From positions 1 to 64,000 of the forward strand of contig NIVC01002170.1 in assembly GCA_002269645.1 (NCBI GenBank): a DNA stretch of 64,000 nt, written 5' to 3'. The notes below the pieces were generated by a model. It saw only the letters and a program-made list of their open reading frames with translations. It searched no databases and had not been told where the DNA came from. The first letter of the stretch is position 1. Each line of letters starts with the position of its first letter. Shown one piece after another: positions 45,501 through 56,418 of this stretch. Position numbers and translations under genes: made by a program. Source of the DNA: Macrostomum lignano (taxonomy: Eukaryota).

Positions 45501-47140
45501 GAAATGGCACCCCTCAAATGAAATAGCAACCTCTCAAATGAAATGACAGCCCCTCAAATGAAATGGCAGCCCCTCAAATGAAATGGCAGCCCCTCAAATG
45601 AAATGGCACCCCTCAAATGAAATAGCAACCTCTCAAATGAAATGACAGCCCTCAAATGAAATGGCACCCCTCAAATGAAATAGCAACCTCTCAAATGAAA
45701 TGGCAGCCCCTCAAATGAAATAGCAACCTCTCAAATGAAATGGCACCCCTCAAATGAAGTGGCACCCCTCAAATGAAATAGCAACCTCTCAAATGAAATG
45801 GCAGCCCCTCAAATGAAATGGCAGCCCCTCAAATGAAGTGGCACTCCTCAAATGAAATAGCAACCTCTCAAATGAAATGGCAGCCCCTCAAATGAAATGG
45901 CACCCCTCAAATGAAATAGCAACCTCTCAAATGAAATGACAGCCCCTCAAATGAAATGGCACCCCTCAAATGAAATGGCACCCCTCAAATGAAATGGCAG
46001 CCCCTCAAATGAAATGGCAGCCCCTCAAATGAAATGGCAGCCCCTCAAATGAAATGGCAGCCCCTCAAATGAAATGGCAGCCCCTCAAATGAAATGGCAG
46101 CCCCTCAAATGAAATGGCAGCCCCTCAAATGAAATAGCAGCCCCTCAAATGTAATGACAGCCCCTCAAATGAAATGGCACCCCTCAAATGAAGTGGCACC
46201 CCTCAAATGAAATAGCAACCTCTCAAATGAAATGACAGCCCCTCAAATGAAATGGCACCCCTCAAATGAAATAGCAACCTCTCAAATGAAATGGCAGCCC
46301 CTCAAATGAAATAGCAACCTCTCAAATGAAATGGCACCCCTCAAATGAAGTGGCACCCCTCAAATGAAATAGCAACCTCTCAAATGAAATCGCAGCCCCT
46401 CAAATGAAATGGCAGGCCCTCAAATGAAGTGGCACCCCTCAAATGAAATAGCAACCTCTCAAATGAAATGGCAGCCCCTCAAATGAAATGGCACCCCTCA
46501 AATGAAATAGCAACCTCTCAAATGAAATGACAGCCCCTCAAATGAAATGGCACCCCTCAAATGAAATGGCACCCCTCAAATGAAATGGCAGCCCCTCAAA
46601 TGAAATAGCAGCCCCTCAAATGAAATGACAGCCCCTCAAATGAAATGGCAGCCCCTCAAATGAAATGGCACCCCTCAAATGAAATGGCACCCCTCAAATG
46701 AAATGGCACCCCTCAAATGAAATGGCACCCCTCAAATGAAATGGCAACCCCTCAAATGAAATAGCAACCTCTCAAATGAAATGGCAGCCCCTCAAATGAA
46801 ATGGCACCCCTCAAATGAAATAGCAACCTCTCAAATGAAATGACAGCCCCTCAAATGAAATGGCACCCCTCAAATGAAATAGCAACCTCTCAAATGAAAT
46901 GACAGCCCCTCAAATGAAATGGCACCCCTCAAATGAAATGGCACCCCTCAAATGAAATGACAGCCCCTCAAATGAAATGGCAGCCCCTCAAATGAAATGA
47001 CAGCCCCTCAAATGAAATAGCAGCCCCTCAAATGAAATGACAGCCCCTCAAATGAAATGGCAGCCCCTCAAATGAAATGGCACCCCTCAAATGAAATGGC
47101 ACCCCTCAAATGAAATGGCAGCCCCTCAAATGAAGTGGCG
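42510..47140. repeat. 20/21-bp satellite array (~4.6 kb)
   Basis: Unit cagcccctcaaatgaaatgg(a) and variants (cacccctc, caacctctc). Confidence 0.99.
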
Positions 47141-47799
47141 CACAAAGGCGCAACCCGCAGTCAAAACTGCTAGCTACGAGGTCCTGAACGCCTTCCTATT
47201 CGTTACTTCTGCACTTTTCTTTTTAATGATATTCTTTTCAAGCACCCGCAGATAGCAATACTTCTTATTATGTAATTTCCTTTCTTCTGCCCAAGTCAAT
47301 ATTTTGAGCAGGCGGGAGTGGCTGGTCTTCTACCTTCCTTCTCAGCTGCAGTCACACGCGATTTGCCTTTGGGAATTTCTGTCTTCCTCGCGCCTGTGCC
47401 ATTTTTTATTTCCTATTATTTGCTATTTTTTGACGGATGCTTTATATACTACTTATATTCTACCATGCAGAACAGCGTTCAACAGACTCGGTATGTATTA
47501 TTTATTATTTCAGTCCACGCAATTACACGGACCTTAAACGGAATAATATTTCATTCACTATATTGACTCTTAAATTGTATGTTGTTTTGCGTTTCGGACC
47601 TTTAAATAAGATTGTTTTTTTTGCTTTGAGATACTTCTCAAGCACAATTGCGAATTGAAATACCTTTATATTTGAAGTAATAAGAATAATATAAAATAAT
47701 AGTAAGTTTACATTAGATTGAAACAATGAAATGAAAAAATTAACGCAGCAAACCTGGTAGACTTCACAGACTTAAATCCCACATTCAGATAGTCAGTCT

Positions 47800-48228
47800 C
47801 CGTGATCCCATCAGCCTTCCTACTCTCTGACTAATCAGCCTTCCCACTCTCTGATCCCACCAGCCTTCCCACTCTCTGATCCCATCAGCCTTCCCACTCT
47901 GATCCCATCAGTCTCTCTGATCCCATCAGTCTCTCTGACCCCATCAGTCTCTCTGATCCCATCAGTCTCTCTGATCCCATCAGTCTCTCTGATCCCATCA
48001 GTCTCTCTGATCCCATCAGGCTTCCCCCTCTCTTATCCCATCAGTCTCTCTGATCCCATCAGTCTCTCTGACCCCATCAGCCTCTCTGATCCCGTCAGCC
48101 TCTCTGATCCCATCAGTCTCTCTGACCCCATCAGCCTCTCTGATCCCGTCAGCCTCTCTGATCCCATCAGTCTCTCTGACCCCATCAGCCTCTCTGATCC
48201 CGTCAGCCTCTCTGATCCCATCAGTCTT
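47800..48228. repeat. 18-bp minisatellite just downstream of the DEF8-like stop codon
   Basis: Unit ccatcagtctctctgatc and variants. Confidence 0.93.
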
Positions 48229-48296
48229 ATCAGATAGTGGGAAGGATGATGGGATCAATATTCCACTCCCTGATCCCACCACTGGGTCCCAGCCAT

Positions 48297-51200
48297 TCAC
48301 ACGGAGAACTGCCGCTTAGCCTGCAGCCGGAAGACTCCGTAATCAGACAGGTGCAACTCGCTACTGGGCGTCACCATCAGCAGCCGCCGCAGCAGCGCCA
48401 GCTGGTCAGCCGTGGTCTGGCCCGGTCGGTAGACGGCCAGCAGCCTGGGATCGTAGGAGATCGGCCCTCCTGCCAGCTGATTGGCTCGGCGAACCTCCGA
48501 CTGGCATTGGCAGACTCGACAAGCGCGGATGGTGTACCGACAGGTCCTGTTTGTTTTTTGCGGCCGGTTTCGGGTGGGGGCCCTTTATTGCAGAGCATTC
48601 AACTGCATACGGCTATGTAACTGAAACCTTAGTGACACCTTACACATGTTGCAACCTTCTTACACACGATGTAACTTTCTTACACACGATGTAACCTTCT
48701 TACACATAATGTAACCTTACACATGATGCAACATTCTTACACATGATGCAACCTTCTTACACATGATGCAACCTTCTTCTTACACATGATGCAACCTTCT
48801 TACACATGATGCAACATTCTTACACATGATGCAACCTTATTCTTACACATGATGCAACCTTCTTCTTACACATAATGCAACTTTCTTACACATGATGCAA
48901 CCTTTTTTAGACATGATGCTTTTTATTGAATTATTTAATGACACATTGTAACCTTCTTACACATGTTGCAACCTTCTTACACACGATGTAACCTTCTTAC
49001 ACATTATGCAACCTCTTTTAGACATGATGCAACCTTCTTAAACACAATGCAACCTCATTAAAGGCATTTTGTATCCTTTCTTACACGTTGCAATTTTATT
49101 CTGACATCGAACGTCTTTAACATACTCTGAAGTCAACCCTTCCCAAGTGAGCACCGCCAAAGCTGACCTGTGGTACATACTGTCGCAGCCGTGGCAGTGC
49201 ACAGCCACCTGGCTGTACTTGTACACCAGTCGCCGAGTGTCCAGACAGACTGGACACACGCGCGGTGTGCAGCTCAAACAAGCGGCCCTGTGATTGGCTG
49301 CGCACTGGGCGATTCTGATTGGCTGGCTGGTCAGCTGAGCCCAGCGGCCCTGTGCCATGGCCAGCAGCTCGCCGGGCGTGAACTCGCTGACCCTGTCGGC
49401 GCTGTCGACAGCGTCATCGTCGACTGTGGGCTGGGCAAAGTACATGTAGTGCATGGAGCCCGGCACCTGGGATGAGGTGTGGTGTACATGGTTTTGGATT
49501 TAATTAGGGATGCTAAAATTAGTGACTTAATGCGAGCATATCTGGGTTTGGACTACATTAGATTTTCAAAGTTTAGACTTAACAACGCTTCAAATCAATT
49601 TGACCGCAGAGGATCCGTGCGCAGAGCAAAGTTTTGCGTGAATTTCTGAGGCAACTATGGCCAGCGCCCCAAAGAGTGAAGATGGTACTTTGCTGAGCAA
49701 CAACTGAGTGCACAGCGATGTGTGTTGTCGAGTATGGGCAATGAAATCATGAACGAATCGCAAAATGCAAGCTCCTCTGTTTGCAAGTAAAGTAATGAAT
49801 TTAATGCTTTCTTTTTTCTGTGCATAATTCTGTCCATAGACAAATTTCAGTCAGTCACAGTGAGCATCATTTTGCAATTGGGCTTTGGTATTGCCATGGA
49901 CTTCTATACTTAGCATCTGGACTGGAGGCGAAAAAATTCTCGCAAAAAAATTACCACATGAGGCCAATTTTTTCCATAGATATGCATTTATCAAAAACTG
50001 CTGCGGCTTATATCGAATACAACTAAACTCACTTTCTTCATTTGACTCTGCATAATGAAAGCATATCCTTCGTTATGGTGAATAAGTGTTCGGCATTCGG
50101 CTGCAGGAGTGGCTTCGCTAATAGTTCGACACCAGACAGGACTGTGACGTTTCATTGTTATCCACTTAACAAGCCGAGTCTACTGGAAAATGGAACAAGG
50201 CGAATCCGAGGAAGGACTTTGAACCCACCAAGTACTCTCGCACCTGCTCACTGCATTTCACATCTGAGGACTTCGTTGAGTCAACACAAGACAACAATTT
50301 CACTCGCAAAGCGAAGAAAGGCCAGCTGGCTAAGCGTTATCTGAGACAAGATGCGGTGCCAACTATTTTTCCAAACGCACCATCATACCTTTCCTCTGTC
50401 CGCCCAGCAGCTCGGATCACATGCACTGCGACATCATCTGCGCGTATGGAGGCGGAAAACAGGCGCCTGGATAATCAGATTTCCGACTTCTTTGCCACTG
50501 ATTCAATTATCGATTGCTCGCCACGAGAAATTCAAGAACTGCTAGATTCTGAGGGGACGAGGCCAGATGGGTTTCAAGCATTTACCTGGAACATTTCATG
50601 GGTCAGATGATGTGCACGGCTGGCCATGATGTAAAAGAGGGAATTATTTGCGCATTTTTCAACTGCATGATGAAAAATTTGGTCAAAGATATTTCGGTTG
50701 GTGGAGCTGGAGCCAAAAGTAAGCGAAAGTCGGCTAAACTTTCCAGTGGCAGTTCATACTAACAACTTTGATTTCTTATGGCCTCATGTGGTAACGCGAA
50801 TTTTTTCGCTTCCAGTCCAGATGCTAAGTATAGAAGTCCATGGGTATTGCTTAAACAAGACATTTATCGATGCCTTCTTAATGAATGAGTGCAGAAGTCG
50901 ACTAGTATACATTTCGATATAGTTTGTGTAGCTCTATGGTTATTTTCGTGGTAACTCTAAAGTTACTTTCGTGGGTATAACTTTTGTTCTCTGGTATCAA
51001 TTTTAAAAATTCAAAAAGCAGTTTGTAGAATAGATTTCCCGCTATATTAGTTCATACAATTTTAAATCACATGTAGCTATGGAACCAGAGCTACGGTTAA
51101 AAGTATCACTACTTTTTGGAAACCCCTCGTAACTTTTCATTTTACGAGCTATAAAGTCGATTAGCTGCGACATGTCGGGAGCACGAGAATTTCCCGCAAC

Positions 51201-54200
51201 ATTTTTTTCCCGCCGAGGTTTGCCCGCAAATGTTCTTTTCTGCAGCGCATTTGGCCAGCTAGAAGATTCTGTCTGCATTCCCACCCCCAATGCTTAGTAT
51301 TGCGTAAGTCTTAATAAAGAGATTTATGGAAGAAAGCGACATTGCATAGGCTTGAATTTATATTTGCTCACCGATGTACCCCTGCGTGTATAGAGCATTG
51401 CGGGCAAACCTCAGCGAGAAAAACTACTCGGCGGGCAATTCTCATGGACCCGTACATGTCTGAGGATCAGAAAGTCAGAGCCGCTGTACACCCTGGGTGA
51501 GCGTGTGTATGAGTGCGTGCCAGCGTACAGTATTGGCACGCTTGAATGTGCTCAGGAGCATGTTTGGGCGCAACCTAGGGATTCACCCGGCCGTTTCTAT
51601 AGGCAACACACACATGTAAGTCGCTATTGGATGGAATAGTAGTCACGTAGTCACTAATAGTAGTCACGTGACTGCTCTCAGCCAATAGCGACTTACATGT
51701 GTGTGTTGCCAATAGAAACGGCCGAGTGATTCCCAAGGTTGCGCATGTATGCTCAAGAGTCGGTGGATCATGGGCAGAATTGCCGCAGCGCTGGTTGAGC
51801 GGGACGATGTCGCCGAAGACGTTGCGCCAGGGTATCTGCAGGCCCTCTCGTGAAATTCAAATTGTAATTCTTGTCCCAATCTGCACTTGAAACATTCCAA
51901 GCCAGTCTGAGCTCCGCAATTTTTTCCCATTTCCCTTCCCCGAGACTCGCCTCATCCGCCAGACGGTCCCGCATGTCCGGGCACAGCCAGCTCGCCAGCA
52001 GCGACTGTCGGGCCCTGACCCGAGCGTCAATCACATCGCCGAGCTTCAGTAGGAACGGCGCCTTCGTCCAGGCGGCCAAATCGGGGTCGCCGCGGTCGCC
52101 GAGTCGCAGCGCCAGGCGGTCCTGGCAGGCGCGCAGCAGGCCGAGGGCGCGTCGGCAGACGGGGACCGGGGTGCAGTCGCCCGAAGCCAGCAGTCTCGAT
52201 GGCAGCACGGCCCGATCGTTCCAATGGCAGAGCGAGCAGCAGCGCTGGCCGTAGTAGTGGCAGTAGCGAGCGGCACCGCTGTATGACGTCATCTCGGCGC
52301 CGCACTGGCCGCAGTGAGTTGCGCCCCGGATCTTCGATGCCCAGCTGCTGGACAGAAGCCGCTGGAACACGGGATGCGTGCGACTTTCTTTCAAATATAT
52401 TTGCACCTGGCAAAGTCCTTTGATCCCACGAATCCCAATATGGAGTACAATTCTGATCCCATAATGCACGGACCCGACCATTCTCCTCGGCATTTATCCT
52501 CAATAAATAATTCTCTGGTGATCGGCTCGCAATGATCAGACTAGTATTCCCCATGATACTCTAATCCGTCCTCATCGGGTGCAGGTCGTTTCGGTGACAA
52601 GTCAGTTCGGTGACAAGACAAGTCATTTCGGGGACAGTCAGTTCGGTGACAAGTGATTTCGGTGACAGTCAGTTCGATCGGTGACAAGTCATTTCGGGGA
52701 CAGTCAGTTCGGTGACAGTCATTTCGGTGACAAGTGATTTCGGTGACAGTCAGTTCGATCGGTGACAAGTCAGTTCGGGGACAGTCAGTTCGATCGGTGA
52801 CAAGTCATTTCGGGGACAGTCATTTCGGTGACAAGTGATTTCGGTGACAGTCAGTTCGATCGGTGACAAGTCAGTTCGGTGACAAGTCAGTTCGGTGACA
52901 AGTCAGTTCGGTGACAAGTCAGTTCGGTGACAAGTCAGTTCGGTGACAAGTCAGTTCAGTGACAGTCAGTTCGGTGACAGTCAGTTCGGTGATAGTCAGT
53001 TCGGTGACAGTCAGTTCGGTGACAAGTCAGTTCGGTGACAGTCATTTCGGTGACAAGTCAGTTCGGTGACAGTCAGTTCGGTGACAAGTCAGTTCGGTGA
53101 CAAGTCAGTTCGGTGACAAAGTCATTTCAGTGACAAGTCAGTTCGGTGACAAGTCAGTTCGGTGACAAGTCAGTTCAGTGACAAGTCAGTTCAGTGACAA
53201 GTCAGTTCGGTGACAAGTCAGTTCGGTGACAGTCAGTTCGGTGACAAGTCAGTTCGGTGACAGTCATTTCGGTGACAAGTCAGTTCGGTGACAGTCATTT
53301 CGGTGACAAGTCAGTTCGGTGACAGTCAGTTCGGTGACAAGTCAGTTCGGTGACAGTCAGTTCGGTGACAAGTCAGTTCGGTGACAAGTCAGTTCAGTGA
53401 CAAGTCAGTTCGGTGACAAGTCAGTTCGGTGACAAGTCAGTTCGGTGACAGTCAGTTCGGTGACAAGTCAGTTCGGTGACAGTCAGTTCGGTGACAGTCA
53501 GTTCGGTGACAGTCAGTTCGGTGACAGTCAGTTCGGTGACAAGTCAGTTCGGTGACAAGTCAGTTCGGTGACAGTCAGTTCGGTGACAAGTCAGTTCGGT
53601 GACAAGTCAGTTCAGTGACAAGTCAGTTCGGTGAAAAGTCAGTTCGGTGACAAGTCAGTTCGGTGACAGTCAGTTCGGTGACAAGTCAGTTCGGTGACAG
53701 TCAGTTCGGTGACAGTCAGTTCGGTGACAGTCAGTTCGGTGACAGTCAGTTCGGTGACAAGTCAGTTCGGTGACAGTCATTTCGGTGACAAGTCAGTTCG
53801 GTGACAAGTCAGTTTGATCGGTGACAAAGTCATTTCGGTGACAAGTCAGTTCGGTGATAAGTCAGTTCGGTGACAAGTCAGTTCGGTGACAAGTCAGTTT
53901 GATCGGTGACAAGTCAGTTCGGTGACAAGTCAGTTCGGTGACAAGTCAGTTCGGTGACAAGTCAGTTCAGTGACAAGTCAGTTCGGTGACAAGTCAGTTC
54001 GGTGACAGTCAGTTCAGTGACAAGTCAGTTCGGTGACAAGTCAGTTCGGTGACAGTCAGTTCGGTGACAAGTCAGTTCGGTGACAGTCATTTCGGTGACA
54101 AGTCAGTTCGGTGACAGTCAGTTCGGTGACAAGTCAGTTCGGTGACAGTCAGTTCGGTGACAGTCAGTTCGGTGACAAGTCAGTTCGGTGACAGTCAGTT

Positions 54201-55379
54201 CGGTGACAAGTCAGTTCGGTGACAAGTCAGTTCAGTGACAAGTCAGTTCGGTGACAGTCATTTCGGTGACAAGTCAGTTCGGTGACAGTCAGTTCGGTGA
54301 CAAGTCAGTTCGGTGACAAGTCAGTTCGGTGACAAGTCAGTTCAGTGACAAGTCAGTTCGGTGACAAGTCAGTTCAGTGACAGTCAGTTCGGTGACAGTC
54401 AGTTTGGTGACAGTCAGTTCGGTGACAAGTCAGTTCGGTGACAGTCAGTTCGGTGACAAGTCAGTTCAGTGACAAGTCAGTTCAGTGACAAGTCAGTTCG
54501 GTGACAAGTCAGTTCGGTGACAGTCAGTTCGGTGACAGTCAGTTCGGTGACAAGTCAGTTCAGTGACAAGTCAGTTCAGTGATAAGTCAGTTCAGTGACA
54601 AGTCAGTTCAGTGACAAGTCAGTTCAGTGACAGTCAGTTCGCTGACAAGTCAGTTCGGTGACAAGTCAGTTCGGTGACAAGTCACTTCAGTGACAAGTCA
54701 GTTCGGTGACAAGTCAGTTCAGTGACAAGTTAGTTCAGTGACAAGTCAGTTCGGTGACAAGTCAGTTCAGTGACAAGTCAGTTCGGTGACAAGTCAGTTC
54801 GGTGACAAGTCATTTTGGTTACAAGTCACTTTGCTCGTATTCTGTTTGCCATCGAACCAGCTGAAATCCTTTCTTCATCAGGACAAAAAGTCTGAGAACT
54901 TGTACGAGCTAACTAGGCCTTAGAAGTTTCATCCACTACCAGCAATAATAGCACAGATGTAGATGTAAGTGATGATAAAACGATAAAACAAATACATAGC
55001 TTACCGGCGGTCCCCAGTACAGCTCGGCCTCTCCACTGTCCACCATCGCCACCGGGCAGCTGTGCACCCGGTTCTTACCGGCGCCAGAGGACGCACCCTG
55101 TTCCAGCAGGCAGGCCCGGTGAAGGCCCAGGCCGCACAGTCTGCACCGGTAGTGCTGAGGCCTGCCGCCTGCAGTGCCACCAGCAGCCCGGCCAGTGGCG
55201 GCCAGCACCAGCCAGCTCTGCAGCGACAGCAGCCGCTTCGCGCACTGTTCGCACCGGTCGCTGCATGCGATTTCGGCAGAAGTACCGGCCGGTCTGTTGC
55301 TGGTGGTGGTGGTGGTTAGACTTAGCCGGCCTGCTGTCACCGGTTGAAGGCTGTGGCCGCGAAATACGAAGCAGGTCAT
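48297..55379 (-). CDS. DEF8: DEF8-like protein (C1 zinc finger + Rubicon-homology/zf-RING_9 domain), 4 coding exons, ~444 aa
   Basis: Exons (-): 55005-55379 (C1: HSLQP...CEQC...YRCRLCGLGLHRAC...C), 51951-52361 (THCGQCGAEM...ARYCHYYGQRCCSLCHWNDRAVLPSRL), 49168-49466 (FTPGELL...HRAACLSC...VCPVC...CHGCDSMYHR), 48297-48546 (TCRYTIRACRVC...stop). Phases are consistent (1335 nt). C1 followed by an RH domain is the DEF8 architecture rather than Rubicon or PLEKHM1. A likely non-coding upstream exon has a donor near 55618. Confidence 0.82.
48630..49037. repeat. 20-bp minisatellite in the last DEF8 intron
   Basis: Unit atgcaaccttcttacacatg with variants. Confidence 0.93.
49895..50842 (+). mobile_element. 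P-element-superfamily non-autonomous transposon (948 bp) in a DEF8 intron
   Basis: Termini catggacttctatacttagcatctggactgga... / ...tccagtccagatgctaagtatagaagtccatg (CAT...ATG; imperfect TIR of ~70 bp including ttaccacatgaggcca). Exact 8-bp TSD ggtattgc at 49887-49894 and 50843-50850. An internal THAP coding region is present. Confidence 0.9.
50075..50610 (+). pseudogene. THAP zinc-finger domain ORF (transposase N-terminus) with one frameshift
   Basis: MVNKCSAFGC...VTFHCYPLNKPSLLE, a frameshift near 50185, then KWNKANPRKDFEPTKYSRTCSLHFTSEDF...LRQDAVPTIFPNAP. This has the C2CH residues plus the conserved P, W, F and AVPTIF box of THAP. Confidence 0.9.
51185..51443. repeat. Imperfect inverted repeat (~50-bp arms), MITE-like
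   Basis: gagaatttcccgc...gaggtttgcccgcaaatgttc (51185-51235) pairs with gagcattgcgggcaaacctc...gcgggcaattctc (51393-51443). Confidence 0.7.
51568..51744. repeat. Foldback hairpin, 63-bp arms (59/63 identical), 51-bp spacer
   Basis: gcgcaacctagggattcacccggccgtttctataggcaacacacacatgtaagtcgctattgg (51568-51630) versus the reverse complement of 51682-51744. Confidence 0.92.
52588..54830. repeat. 14/15-bp satellite (~2.2 kb) in DEF8 intron 1
   Basis: Unit gtcagttcggtgaca(a) with variants. Confidence 0.99.
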
Positions 55380-56418
55380 TACAGATTTATTTGACTATTG
55401 ATTAACCGATAGTAAAAGTTGCAGGTTTTATTCTTTTTGAAATGGCTATCGCGCGTGTCTTCCAGTCTTCTTTTGCCCTCGCTTCACCCTTGTTAATTCA
55501 GTTTGTTCTGTTCTGTCTCTCTCTCTCTCTCTCCCTCTCTCCTGTCTTCCTAGCCTCCCTTTTCTTTTCTTCTTGTGGAATAGCATTGGCTGCGGTTACG
55601 TAATCTCCCTTGACTCACCTTGCCCCAAAGGCAAGTCGGAATTCTGGCCTTATTATTGGAGCCTGCACAGGGGGGGGGGGGCAGTGTACAAATGTTGTGC
55701 GAGTCCCCGATATGACGTGATATAGCTATATGGAGTGGGAATGAGTCATATTTTCAAAGAAATATAGGCTTGCTTTCTACTGTGGAATTACGCGATCGAG
55801 CTAATATTATACAGCTGTAATTTTAAGCACTTGAGTAATTTTATACGTAGAAGTAAAAAGAAAGATGATGGCTCGATCGATCTTTTCTAAGTTGCACACG
55901 CGAAATTTGTACGCGTGCGTCAAAATTGCTATGTCATAAATAATTGGGGGATATGCATCCAACCGTCCATAAATCTCTCTATACCTTATACTGTTTGGTT
56001 TGCTTGCATATATATATGATAAAATAAGTCCTGATCACAATAAATGTTTCTCTCAATGTTTTTGAGATAAAAAACAATTGCTGAGCAGGCAGTTCAACAG
56101 TTTCTTGCGATGATATAGCACAATTGTCTATAGTCTATACTTTCAGTACGTGTTAAACAATGTAATTAAAGCCAAAGGCTGATAAGAAATTCCATATTTA
56201 AATTCTTTCTTTATTCCTTATTTATATGGGCAAGAAACAGCAGGTGCACTTATAGTTGTTGAACATGCAGAAGCCTAATATTTTATGTTTAGTGCTTAAG
56301 AATAAGGTTTTCATGGGCTCATCATATTATTATTGGTGGTAGCATGGGCAAGTCAGGTGGTGGGAATGATGGAAAGCGCGTTTGGACACCGACCGCATTG
56401 GATAGTATTGCGTGCAAA

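Noticed and set aside
52541-52768. Extra DEF8 exon at the edge of the 14/15-bp array (…PAPDEDGLEYHGEY)
   Set aside because: It lacks an AG acceptor and ends in a stop; exons 1 and 2 already join in phase 0.
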